From Hypanus sabinus (taxonomy: Eukaryota): a DNA stretch of 64,000 bases. The position numbers and the translations under genes were made by a program. Numbering within the stretch: the stretch's first letter is position 1; the number at the start of each line of letters is the position of its first letter. The notes under the pieces were generated by a model. The model made no database searches and was not told the DNA's origin. It saw nothing but the letters and a program-made list of their open reading frames with translations. The stretch is from NCBI RefSeq assembly GCF_030144855.1, contig NC_082709.1:148862001-148926000 (forward strand), written 5' to 3'. Below, piece after piece: positions 11,000 through 23,160 of the stretch.

Positions 11000-13900
11000 T
11001 TAAAGGATTTCTTACTCTTGTGGGATATCTTTCCTGACAAGGATGGGGATCACTCTGCTTGGCAGGTGAGACTTGTGACTGTGAAACAACCTCAGGTTCT
11101 GGGGTCTGCTCCCTAGTGGTGCAGCAAGTGGTTCTGACAGCTCTAGGTATCTTTCTTCTCTAACAGTGGATTCTGCTCTCCTCAGCTGATTGATTGATGT
11201 GCCGTCTCCAGATGATATCAGACGCAATCTCTGCTGTGTAGGAGAGTGGTCCGGTTCTGTCCATAACCTTTCCCAATACCCATTTTTGATCACTTCTGTA
11301 GTCCATTGCCATGACTGCTCGTCCAGGAGTGAAACGTCAAACCTCCTTGTTTGAGGAGCTTTCAGTTAGTCTCAGCTGTTTGTCCTCCTGAGATTGTTTT
11401 TGAGGAAATCCAAACATGGACGCAAGGGACAACTCAGGAACAGTATGACTGGTGAATTTTGGGCTGTGGAGTGTTCTGCATTGTAATACACAAGGAGGAA
11501 ATTAGCAGTGATTCAGTGTCAGTGTAGTGTGTTCTGCTGACATTGCCCACTGTGTGTTCTTCAGACTCTGAACAAGCCAAGCCATTTGTATCTGGGTGGT
11601 ATGATGCAGATGTAATTTGTCTTATTCCATTCATTTTCAGGAATGACTGAAACTGTTTCACAACAAACTGTGGTCCACTGTCACTGGTTAATAAGTGTTC
11701 TGAAACACCAGCCCTTGAGAAGAGACTTCTCAACACATCATCACTGTGCGAGGAGACCATTGTGAAAACCTCTGGCCTCTTTGTACCTGGATCCACTACA
11801 ACAAAAAAATTTGTGCTCATGACGGTCCGGCAAAGTCCTCTGCCAGGGCAATGCAGGCCATTCTCAGAGATGAAGAGGCACTGTTCTTGGCATCTTCTGG
11901 AAATGTTGGCATCCCAAACAGTGCTTGGCAAGCTGCTCATTCTGCTGATCTAACCCAGGCCACCAGTCAAAGCTTTGAACAAATGCTTTCATTTTAACTA
12001 TGCCTAGATGACCGGCATGTAACTTCTCTAACACTTTAGCTCTTAGCTTGTATGGTACAGCTCCCAATCCCTACATAAGGAAATCTCTGCCAAGGGCAGG
12101 TTCGTCTGGGCACTATTGAAAGTGGGGGAAATACTCAGGTCATTTTGGGTAACTTCGAATTTCCATTTGGATCACCTCTCCCATAGGGACAGTTACTGAT
12201 TTGTATTAGGGAGAATACACCTAGAGGAGTGCCCTCTTTTGTAAAGTTTCAGGTATTTCCTTTCCCAAGGGTAAACAGGACAATCCATCAGCATTTCCAT
12301 GATTCGTCGTCCTCTTGTATTTGATCTTGTAATTGTGCCCTCCAAGAAACAGAGCCCATCTCTGCACTCATGCTGCTGCTGTTAGTGGAACTCCCTTCTG
12401 TGGATTGAAAATGGACACCAGTGGTTGATGATCAGTGAAGAGGGTAAACCCTCTCCCGTACAGATACTGGTTGAAATGTTTTTTCCAGACTCAAGGGCAT
12501 TCTATCAGTCTGTGTGAAATTTTCCTCTGCTGCACTAAGGGAGCGTGATACAAAGGCAATGGGGTGTTCATTTCTACCACTCATAACATGTGGCATGACT
12601 GCACAGGGCGAGACATCACAGACAAGCTTCACTGGACGATGTGGATTATAATGTCTGACGTCACTATTTCCTGTACCTTCTTGAAAGGACATCTCACGCT
12701 ACTTTGTCCATTGCAACTCCATCATGTCTTGTAGCATTGGTGCAACCACCACTGCTTACATTTTTCTCAGCATTCTTGTACATTCTAGTGTGTCAATTGT
12801 ATGACGCTTGGTTTAAAGACTTGCTGGCCTGGGCTCTGAGTGCATAATTTTCTAATGCTTGTAACACTGTCTTGAAATATTGGAGGTGTTCCTTGTCATC
12901 CTCACTGGTAACAATGATGTCATCCAGGTAACACTGAGTGCCTGGGCAACCTTGTAGCACCTGGTCCTTAGCTTTCTGCCAGAGTGCAGGTGCAGATGTT
13001 ACTCCAAAAATAAGCCTAATATAGTGATATAGCCCGCTGTGAGTATTCATGATGAGAAACACTTTGGACTGTTCCTCCATCTCAGCTAGGTCCACTTCAT
13101 TCAAGCATTTTCCTCCAGGAAGATTTTCAAAGATACCTTCTAAAATACTCTTATTTTACCCTTGATGTTTGAGTTTTCCAGTGCCGTCCTTGAACACAGC
13201 TGTGGCATCATCCAGTACTTAATTCACTTTCAGTTGACTCTGTTGCGGGGAATGTGGCATGCAAATGATGGATGGATCTCCAATCAAGTTAAAGTTCTCT
13301 CTGCCAGTCATGACCCTACAGTGCTGGCCCTCATGTTTTTACCATATTCAAGCCCAATGTGGCTTGTTGTTATATTTCATTGTTGTGAATGTCATACTCT
13401 TTTCTCCAAATAATTTTTTAGTTGTATATCTGCAGGATTTAGTTCAGGCATCCCACTCAAACTCATCTTATGGAATGACCGAAACATCTGTGCCAGTGTC
13501 TAATTCTATTTTAATTAATTTGCCATTCACTTCTGGTGTAAGCCGTATTGCTTGTCTATTGTTAGTATTCATATCGTAAATCTCAAGGCTATCCGGTCCT
13601 GTGTCACACACGTCATTATCAGATTTTTCATCAATAGCATCAATTTCGTCAATAGCTCTTTTTGAAATCGCAACTTGACTTTTTTTTAAATCTCTTTTTC
13701 TTCCCTGTGCAGTCCATTTACTTTTGTCTGCTGGGCATGTTCTTTGTATGGTCCTACATTGTTGTGTTTTCTGCAAGTTTTGCCCTTAAACCTGCATTGG
13801 TCTGGTGTATGTGAGCCCCTGCCACAAAGGTAATACGATTTGTTGGGCCAGGCAGGTTTCTGTTTACTCAGCAGGTCGGGCAGCATCCGTTGAAATGAGC

Positions 13901-14530
13901 AGTCAACGGATGCTGCCCGACCTGCTGAGTTCATCCAGCTTGTTTGTACATGTTGATTTGACCACAGCATCTGCAGTGTGCTTTGTGGTTGGGTTTCTGT
14001 TTAGATGTTGCAATTTTGTTCTCACTCACTTTCATTTCTAACTGCAATTCAATTGCATCTCTATTTGCTGTTTCCATAGATATAGCAATTTCAGCCTCTC
14101 TTCTGAATGAGTTGTGCTTCGGTTAGGAGCCATTTTTTATGCTTTCTTGCAAGGTTCCACAAACTAAACGATTTGTCAATGCATCATTACGGCCATCACT
14201 GAACTAACAGCCATGTAAGCTGAAATGGACTCCCCCTTCTTTTGATTCTGCTTGTGAAACCTAAAGTGTTCTGCAATCAATGATGGTTTGGGTTCCAAAT
14301 GTTCCTGCATTACTTTCTTGAAATCAGCAAAGCTCAGTTCATCCGGTTTGACTGGAACAGACAAACTTCTGAGCAAACCGTATGCCTTTCCACCTAATGC
14401 ACTCGGCAAAATTGGGACTTGCTTTTCAGTGGCTAATTCATTTGCTTCAAAATACAACTCAATTCACTCAGTATACAATATCCAGTTATCATTTGTGCAA
14501 TCGAACGTGTCTTTCTTTCCAATGTAGCTA
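11000..14530 (-). pseudogene. Gypsy gag-pol, fragmented by frameshifts, stops and an RT deletion
   Basis: ORF pieces 14457-14176, 13970-13686, 13776-13468, 13104-12793, 12692-12432, 12067-11864, 11940-11434 and 11293-11012. Confidence 0.85.
13867..13991 (+). mobile_element. 125-bp PLE-derived fold-back insertion inside Gypsy gag, 12-bp TSD
   Basis: Perfect 28-bp inverted repeat at 13866-13893 and 13903-13930. GGTTTCTGTTTA at 13855-13866 and 13992-14003. Removing the insert restores gag ..SKQKPAWPNKSYY.. Confidence 0.88.
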
Positions 14531-14774
14531 GTCATTTCTGTTTTTTTTAAATTTATGATCATTAGCACCCTGTACTCTTTGTTACTGAACCCATGAATTA
14601 TGTCCATTTCTACCTTTTTTTAACTTGTCCATCTATGTCCCTTCCCAAAGATGCACGTGCTGTGTTTTTGGAAACTAGAATGTCTCACTGCTCATTTTTT
14701 TAACTCAAATGTCTCGCTATGCTTCAACAGGTAAGTAGTCATTTTGGTTTCATTTAAAACTTCTTTGTTGGCAC

Positions 14775-14999
14775 TGTTAAGTTTTGCAACTGCAAAACAG
14801 AAAACTACTTGAAAGAAAAACACGGGTGACCGGGGATAAACTTATGTACGTAGTTTCTTTACCTTAGTGAGGCATGTACAACAGATGTGGTGGTGTAATG
14901 ACGTATGCCATTCATGTACTTTTACATATAACCAGTAATGAATTATTTAAGACAAACAATATCTGTACAATATTACTGAAGTATCAAATATATATAACA
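14775..14999 (-). repeat. Gypsy 5' LTR, followed by a degenerate PBS
   Basis: Pairs with the left LTR. The minus-strand gtgccaacaaag directly after the LTR occupies the PBS position. Confidence 0.8.
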
Positions 15000-15506
15000 G
15001 GTGGGAATATGTGGGAAGGATAGTACTGAGAATAAGGAAATCAGGTAAATATAATTTCTGGTGGCCCCAAGTAATATCACTGAAGAAGGAAAAGTCTGTT
15101 TAACACTTGATTTAATACGTACCCAGGCCTATCTGAGGACTAGCCACGGTCAAATATTCTAACTAAGTGTAAGTATGAAGAATGACTACACAGCCAAGAG
15201 AACGTATGTATGGGTGCTTTGAGGAAGATGTAGATGAGGGATTTTAGAGAGACAGGCAAAAGATCTTGTTACCCTTTAGTGGTTTGAAAGGAGAGAACTG
15301 ATCCTTTGATTCCCAGCACTAAATACTCGCAGCTGTGTTTTCACCTCAGTTCTAGTCACATTCACATTAACTTCACCTGACGCAAGGCTGTGGAAGTGAG
15401 GGTGATCTGTGGACAGTACTCTTATGCCCAGCTTTGAATTTCTTAGCACAATCTATTTTGATTGTAATACTATGGAAGTTGACACAATCACTTTTTTTGA
15501 TTACAG

Positions 15507-15908
15507 AAACTGGTTTCAGTGTTACTGCAATAACGCGAACACCTTTAGTGATCTACAACAACACGTTTGAACTCCAGTGTTTCATCAAGCCTAACTATCC
15601 ACCTCAAGTGTTGGTATCTGTAAAGTGGAAATTCCAGCCTAATGAATCTTCCAACAGCTATGACATCATCACGTTTGGCCGTGACACTTCTATCACGTGG
15701 GGAGAGAAGGCAACACATTTTAAAAGCAAAACAACGATAATAAAGACATCATCCAACAACATCCGCCTGGCTGTCTCTAAAGCCAGTAACTTGGAAGCAG
15801 GAAAATACGAATGCATTGCAGAACTATGGCATCAAAATCAAATGGACCAATGGATGATGAAAATCAGTAAATCTTCAAATATTCTGGAGGTGAAGGTTAA
15901 ACCTCCAG
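15507..15908 (+). CDS. IGSF3: IGSF3 exon, Ig V-type domain 5
   Basis: Acceptor gattacag|AA, donor CCAG|gtaagt. Reads TGFSVTAITRTP...FELQCFIKPNYP...VSVKWKFQP...SNNIRLAVSKASNLEAGKYECIAELW. Confidence 0.95.
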
Positions 15909-16609
15909 GTAAGTGCCTTGGCTGCCTTATTCATTTACAGAACTACTTAGTAAGCATAGTCTCGTCTTTCAGTCACCCTGTCTATTTGTTGTGCTATATG
16001 GGCTATTCAACTTTCTAAACAATCTGTCTCTCATCTTACTAACATTCTGCAGCTAAGAATATTTTCAATGTCTAATGTGACTAATCCTTTAGACCGTATA
16101 TTTTCTGCTAATTAAGCTTTTAATACCACAGACCTCTGCATTGTGCTCCAATTACATTTCACATACATGTTTTCACTGAATGCATCATATTTAACAAAAG
16201 ACATTTTAGGTTTTATTGTCATTTTGACACCCTTCTCTCTCTGAGGATTAGCAACTACTTACTGAGATAGTTCACAGGCTCTGGGTATCTTGCCCAGGGA
16301 CACAATGATGTATTGCATGATCATATTCTCCCAAACGTGACAGGTGCACATTGGTTGTTTGTCAGCCTTAATTTTTTTTTATTTGATTCTATTGTAGTTC
16401 ATTGTTTTTCTGTGAAAGACTGCAAGAAAATGTATCGAGGTCATACTGTATATGCCAACGTGTATATACTTTGATAATATATTTATTTTGAACTTTGATT
16501 TGCAGTAGAATCTGGATGCTGATGCACTTTTGAACTGTCATCATTTTTAAGGTTGAAACCATGGTAGTCAATTTTCAACCAGCAAACTTGCAAAGCGGCT
16601 ATATTAGTT

Positions 16610-16825
16610 TGGTTTATTTCAGTGATTGACAGATAACACTGGGCAGTGCACTGGAAATAATTGGCCTACTCTTCCTTGATCGTACTTTGGGATCAGTAAT
16701 ATCCACGTGAAATAGCAGGCATGTCTAACCAAAAAGTCAATGACCTTGACTCCCTCACTACAGCACCACAATATCAACTTTGACTCCACAGCCTTCTGAA
16801 TTAGAAGTCGAAACTAACCAAGCCA
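16610..16825 (-). mobile_element. Ancient Deu-SINE (SacSINE1/AmnSINE1-like) remnant
   Basis: Blocks tgggatc..tccacgtga, actccctcactacagcac and ccacagccttctga match the reverse complement of the Deu-SINE body as I recall it. Confidence 0.55.
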
Positions 16826-17089
16826 GCAATATCGTGCAGAATTCTCACCTCAACACTGCTTCTGATCGACTATCTCGGTATGACTCATTGGGAAAACTAC
16901 TGAGCCCGCACACTGTGTTTGCTGGCGTTTTGTAAACTTGTGTTTACTTTTAGACATAAAGTACAGTTTGCCTCAAAACATCATTCCGTTATCATGTTAC
17001 TGTGATAACGTTATTGTGTTATCATGGTTCAGTTCACAGATCATTTTGTTACATCAGCTCAATGCCCTGGAGCCTCTGTCTTCATGCTA

Positions 17090-18570
17090 CATTGGTGAAG
17101 TTTCTTATCAGCACTGTTGGACGTTATGAATTTCAATGCTATCAGTCATGGTCGATCTCCCTGTTCCTCAATCTATAGTTTAAACAATATATCTCTCTCC
17201 TTCTTTCCATCTCCATCATCTCATCTGAAATGTCAATGTTCCTTGAGATGAGAGTTAACTTTATTCAGATTATTGTGTGAAGAATTGCCTCTTGTTTGTG
17301 ACCAGTAATATTCTTGAGGTTGCATCTCAGCAGTAACTACAGTCTCTGTGTGTCAGAAGCAGTGAAGGTTCAACTTTGAGCCATTCATAATGCCTCACTG
17401 GACATTATTTCCTTGCACAACAGGAACATCCACTGCTAACAGAAACAATTTATCTCCTTTTGTTTGTCTAGATCTTTCATAATTTCAAATATCTTTATCA
17501 GATCCATTTCTCTGTTTGAAAACTAACCACCTCAGCTTCTCTCATTTAACAGTTTTTCTCTCATCTAAAGTTATCCCCAGAATTAACTACTAGCCCCTTT
17601 CTCCTTCAAAATACCTTTCCCACACAGAACTGGATATGTGCTCTAATTGAGGTGAATCGGTGTTTTATGAAGGTTCATCATGTCTTCCTGGATCTCCTCC
17701 ATGCCTCTCTGTAAAGCTCAGAATACAAACTGCCTCTGAAACACTTTGTCCCACCACATACTGTACTATGTGTAATAATGCATACATGACCTTCGATCTC
17801 CCAGTTCCTGTGTTCCTTTTAGATTTGTGTCCTCTGGTTTGTACTGACTCTCCTAATGTCCCTCGCTGATACTTAACAATAGAGTCATAGAACACAACAG
17901 CACAGAAACAGACCCTTTGACCCATCAGATTTATACTGAATCATTAGTCTGCCTAGTTCTATCAACATGCACCCGGATCGTAGCCCTCCATACCCCTCCC
18001 ATCCAAGTACGTATACAAATTTCTCTTAAGTATCAAAATTGAGCCTGCATCCACCACTTGTGCTGGCAATTCGTTCCACACGCTCACCACCCTCTGACTG
18101 AAGAAGTTCCCCTTAAGTTTTTCACCTTTCATCCTTAACCCACGATCCCTAGTTCTAGTGTCACCCAACTTCAGTGGAAAAAGCCTGCTATATTACCCAG
18201 TCAATATTCCTCATAATTTGGTATACCTCCTACAAATCACCCCTCAATTTTTATGTTCTAGGGAATAAAGTCCTAAGCTATTCAGCCTTTCCCTATAACT
18301 CAGGTCCTCAAGTCCAGGTAACATCCTTTTAAATTTTCTCTGGACTCTTTCAATCTTATTTACATCTTTCCCGTAGACAGGTGAACAAAACTGCACACAA
18401 TACTCCAAAGTTAAGCCTCACCAATAGCTTATACAAATTCCAAATGACATCCAAACTCCTGCACTCAGCACACTAACTTATGAAGGCCAATGTGCCAAAG
18501 AGCTTTCTTTACAGCACCACCCAGGACACCTCTGTCAAGGAATTACAGATCTGTATTCCAAGATCCCTCC
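17090..18570 (-). mobile_element. CR1 LINE 3' fragments (two stacked copies)
   Basis: Minus ORF TRTRDRGLRMKGEK..NFFSQRVVSVWNELP..VVDAGS is the CR1 C-terminus; CR1 tail near 17880. Confidence 0.8.
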
Positions 18571-19173
18571 GTTTTCACAATTAGGGTTTGATTGCCATGG
18601 AATCCTAAAAATTGAGGGTACTGCTTAGTTCATCATGCCTAATCTGGGTTTTTGAAAGAACCACTCTAAATAATCCTACTCTCCTACTTTTCTCCTGTGA
18701 GCCCTGAAGAAGTAATACTCTGCGCCCAGGTCTGTGCAAGTGAATGCTTCTCTTTAGGTAATGATAAGGTTGTAAGAATCCTGAAAGCTGGTTTTTGTTC
18801 TCTCAAATTGAACCTCACGCCCTGTCAATGTCTAAAATTAGGAACAGGACCCAGCTGTAATCTGCATATTAGATAGGAAGAGGGGTTTGTGCCCATCTCA
18901 CACTTCCTTACTGTGCACCTGCCTTGAAAACTCCAGAAATACCTTGTAATTCTGAGAACTACACCTTGCTGGAGGCTTTCTGGAAAATACTATCTTCATA
19001 GGTCTATGTATTCCTAAAAATCTTTGGCAGCCTTCTTAGGTTGAATCCGGTTGATTACACAATGGGATTTTTAGATTCTTGACCCAAATAACTGCTTCTC
19101 CATTCATGGGGCATGAGCCAGTTCCCAGGAACTGCTGGGACCTCTTGGCAGCATTACAGCAAAGTCTTCCCTT

Positions 19174-19480
19174 CAAATCTGGATTCAAAGGTGCATTTAA
19201 TGTCAGAGAAATGTATACAATCTACATCCTGAAATACTTTTTTTTTGCAACCGTCCAAGAAAACAGAGCTCCCCCCCCCCACCACACCAGCAAAAAATAA
19301 ACATTGGCGCCCCCACCAAGCACTCAAGCATGCAGCAAAGCATCAACAAAGACACAGACTTGCAGTACCCCAAAGACTACTTGTGGCATTTGACATACCA
19401 CAGGCTCTCTCTCTCTCCCTAATAAGGGAGAAAGAGATGTCCCTGTTTCACAGCAAGAGGGGAGACGACTCGCCAGAATA
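19174..19480 (-). mobile_element. LINE/SINE 3' tail (Rex/L2-associated)
   Basis: ttcaaa..gcatttaatgtcagagaaatgtatacaat.tacatcctgaaat tail-type sequence. Confidence 0.45.
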
Positions 19481-19930
19481 GGGAAATTACATGGATTTAA
19501 GGGACTTTTAAAAAAAAAAAGCAAGAGGTAATAGGGAGGTGAAATACAAGCAAATAAACATGAGAAGAAATGGAATGATTCCTGAAATGGTTAAGTGGAG
19601 ATCAAAGAATGAAGAAATAAAAGATGTATATAAAAAATGCGTGAAAATGAAAAGAGCTGGCTGTTAAACCAATGGAGAGGAAAGGATGTAAAATCTGTAG
19701 AAGTGTATAAGATGCATGGATATAGGAACCAGCCAGGACAATAGGAATGAAAATGGGCTGGTTCTGTAACAGGCAAATAATCCCCTTCACCATCTATCAG
19801 TCTTGATATTGACTGTTTTTCATTGCACTCCACCCCCAGCTATTGAGCTCCTTGATCATTGCAACTGCAGTTTTTTATACTTCCCTTCCCACCAGATTAA
19901 ATACAACTCCAGGCCGGGTCTTCACATGCT

Positions 19931-22301
19931 GTGATTGTGACTCCCATCTCCCCTTCCCCCACCACTACTCTGCAATCCCCTCTCCCTCAGATCCCATCGT
20001 CAGCTCCTGGGCCCTCAGAGGCTCCATCTTCCTCTCACCCCAACCCTTCCCTCTCCACTGACACTACCAGCCTCCCTCCCACCTCTGATCCCATCTCTCA
20101 TCCGTGCCGGGTCTTTACCATTCCCTTCGACCTTCAACTCTCTGAGGCAGAGCGCTCTGTCCTCAGTAAGGGACTCACCTTTGTCCCCCTTCGCCCACAC
20201 CTCAGCGGGTTCCGCGTATGCCATGATACCAAGCTCTTCTTCCGCCGGCTCCGTCTCTGCACTTACTTCATTGGCAAGGACTCTCCTACCCCCACCGATG
20301 ACCCCTTACCCCGTCTTCAAACCTCCTCCTCTTCATGGACACCCCACTCTGGTCTTCTGCCTGCTTTGGATCTCTTTATTGCTAATTGCCGACGGGACAT
20401 CAACCGTCTCGATTTCACCACACCCTGTTCCAATTCCAACCTCACTCCTTCCGAACACTCTGCTCTCCGCTCCCTCTGCACCAATCCCAACCTCACTATA
20501 AAACCTGCTGATAAGGGAGGAGCTGTTGTTGTCTGGCGGACTGAAGTCTACCTGGCCGAGGCACAGCGATACTTCCTCTTATTTACCCCTTGATCATGAC
20601 CCCACTAAGGAGCACCAGGCCACTGTCTCCTATACCATCACCAACATTATCAGCTCTGGGGATCTCCCATCCACTGCCACCAACCTCATAGTTCCCACAC
20701 CCCACACTTCCCGTTTCTACCTCCTACCCAAGATCCACAAACCTGCCTGTCCAGGTAGACCCATTGTCTCAGCTTGCTCCTGCCCCACTGAACTCATTTC
20801 TGCATACCTTGACACTGTTTTATCCCCCCCTTGTTCAATCCCTTCCCACCTATGTTCGTGACACTTCTCACGCTTTGAATTTTTTCAATGATTTTAAGTT
20901 CCCTGGCCCCCACCACCTTATTTTCACCACGGACATCCAGTCCCTAAATACCTCCATCCCCCCCCACCCTGAAGGTCTCAAAGCTGTCCGCTTCTTTTTG
21001 GATTCCAGACCTAACCAATTCCCCTCTACCACCATTCTCCTCCATCTAGTGGAATTAGTTCTTACTCTCAATGATTTCTCCTTTGGCTCCTCCCACTTCC
21101 TCCAAACCAAAGGTGTAGCCACGGGCACCCGCATGGGTCCCAGTTATGCCTGCCTTTTCGTTGGCTTTGTGGAACAGTCCATGTTCCAAGCCTATACGGG
21201 TATCCGTCCCCCTCTTTTCCTTCGCTACATCGACGACTGCATTGGCGCTGCCTCCTGCACGCATGCTGAGCTTGTTGACTTCATTAACTATGCCTCCAAT
21301 TTTCACCCTGCCGTCAAATTTACCTGGTCCATTTCCGACACCTCCCTCCCCTTTCTTGATCTTTCTGTCTCCATCTCTGGAGACGGCCTAGCTACTGATA
21401 TTTACTATAAGCCTACAGACTCTCAAGGCTACCTGGACTATTCCTCTTCCCACCCTGTCTCTTGCAAAAATGCTATCCCCTTCTCACAATTCCTCCATCT
21501 CCACCACATCTGCTCTCAGGATGAGGCTTTTCATTCCAAGACGAAGGAGATGTCTTCTTTTTTTAAACAAAGGGGCTTCCCTTCTTCCACCATCAACTCT
21601 GCTCTCAAACGCATCTCTCCCATTTCCTGCACATCTGCCTTCACCCCATCCTCCTACCACCCCACTCGGGATAGGGTCCCCCTTATCCTCACCTACCACC
21701 CCACCAGCCTCCAGATCCAACGTATAATTCTCCGTAACTTCCGCCACCTCCAACAGGATCCCACTACCAAACATATCTTTCCCTCCCCCCCCCCCTTTGT
21801 GCGTTCCGCAGGGGTCGCTCCCTACGTGACTCCCTTGTCCATTCATACCCCCTCCCCCCATCCCTTCCCACCGATCTCCCTCCTGGCACTAATCCTTGTA
21901 AGCAGAACAAGTGCTACACCTGCCCTTACCCTTCCTCCCTCACCACCATTCAGGGCCCCAGAAAGTCCTTCCAGGTGAGGCGACACTTCACCTGTGAGTT
22001 GGCTGGTGTGGTATACTGCGTCCGGTGCTCCCGGTGTGGCCTTTTATATATTGGTGAGACCCGCCGCAGACTGGGAGACCGTTTCGCTGAACACCTACGC
22101 TCGGTCCGCCAGAGAAAGCAGGATCTCCCAGTGGCCACACATTTTAATTCCACGTCCCATTCCCATTCTGATATGTCTATCCATGGCCTCCTCCACTGTC
22201 AAGATGAAGCCACATTCAGGTTGGAGGAACAACACCTTGTATACCAACTGGGTAGCCTCCAACCTGATGGCATGAACATTGACTTCTCTAACTTCCGTTA
22301 A
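19931..22301 (+). pseudogene. PLE RT + GIY-YIG endonuclease ORF with several frameshifts
   Basis: ORF pieces 19931-20593, 20526-20861, 20764-21978 and 21975-22301 join across frameshifts near 20570, 20810 and 21790-21900. Confidence 0.9.
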
Positions 22302-22595
22302 TGCCCCTCCTCCCCTTCTTACCTCATCCCTGATATTTTTAGTTTTTTTCCCCCTCCCTTTTTCTTTCTTTCTCTCTCTGCCTGTTCTCCATCTCCCTCT
22401 GGTGCTCCCCTCCCCATTTCTTTCTCCCTAGGCCTCCCATCCCATGATCCTTTCCCTTCTCCAGCTCTGTATCCCTTTTGCCAATCACCTTTCTGGCTCT
22501 CAGCTTCACCCCACCCCCTCCGGTCTTCTCCTATTATTTTGTATTTCCCCTCCCCCTCCTACTTTTAAATCTCTTACTATCTTTCCTTTCAGTTA

Positions 22596-22629
22596 GTCCT
22601 GACGAAGGGTCTCGGCCCGAAATGTCGAC
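22596..22629 (+). ncRNA. Minimal type-I hammerhead ribozyme motif in the PLE terminus
   Basis: GUC-CUGACGA-A-GGGU(CUCG)GCCC-GAAA-UGUC/GAC. Both core boxes are present, stem II is 4 bp, stem I is GUC/GAC and stem III has no loop. Predicted cut after C22626. Confidence 0.7.
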
Positions 22630-22976
22630 AGCGCTTCTCCCTGTAGATGCTGCCTGGCCTGCTGTGTTCCACCAGCATATTTGTGTGTGTTGCTTAAATA
22701 CACCCTTCATACATCTGCACCTTTGATTTCACCCATGCGATCTCCCTTGATAGCTACTCCTAACATGCCCATAGTTCCTATCATTTTTTCTGGTGAATTA
22801 ATATAAAACTGTTTAGAATCTGAATTAATTAAAATTATATTTTCATATCTAACAAATTATTCATAAATTGATTAATATTACATTTTTAATTTCCATCCTA
22901 CCCAAGATCAAGTTTCCTTGATACCTAACTGGAGAAAATGATAGCTGTTATGTTAAACAGAATGCTGAATACAAAT

Positions 22977-23160
22977 GCAACACGAGTGACTCTGCAGATG
23001 CTGGAAATAAATAAAACCACAAGATGCTGGCAGAACTCAGCAGGCCAGACAGCACCTATGGGAGGAGGTAGTGACGACTTCGGCCTGAAATGTCGTCACT
23101 ACCTCCTCCCATAGATGCTGTCTGGCCTGCTGAGTTCTGCCAGCATTTTGTGGTTTTATT
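22977..23160 (-). mobile_element. About 184-bp PLE-derived fold-back element, 13-14-bp TSD
   Basis: 69-bp arms at 23010-23078 and 23092-23160 with 2 differences. TGCTGAATACAAAT at 22963-22976 and 23160-23173. Confidence 0.9.

Larger units (their letters stand above)
10634..14999 (-). mobile_element. Ty3/Gypsy LTR retrotransposon, full-span but decayed
   Basis: TG...CA LTRs at 14775-14999 and 10634-10880; 5-bp TSD GGCGG/GGTGG. Order is gag (zinc knuckle CGRGSHTPDQC), protease (ELDTG), RT (YLDD), RNase H (HPIAFVSRSL), integrase (LHAGHLGIVKMK...C..C; SDSGPQF). Confidence 0.92.
19906..22693 (+). mobile_element. Penelope-like element (Neptune type), 5'-truncated, 9-bp TSD
   Basis: RT (KPADKGGAVVV, LPKIHK, RPIVS, D.QSL.TSIP, GTRMGPSYA, RYIDD), a C-x3-C-x2-C linker (CKQNKCYTC) and GIY-YIG (VVYCVRCSRCGLLYIGET). 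TTAAATACA at 19897-19905 and 22694-22702. Confidence 0.92.

Noticed and set aside
20015-22153. Several long minus-strand and alternative-frame ORFs
   Set aside because: Shadows of the C-rich PLE coding strand.
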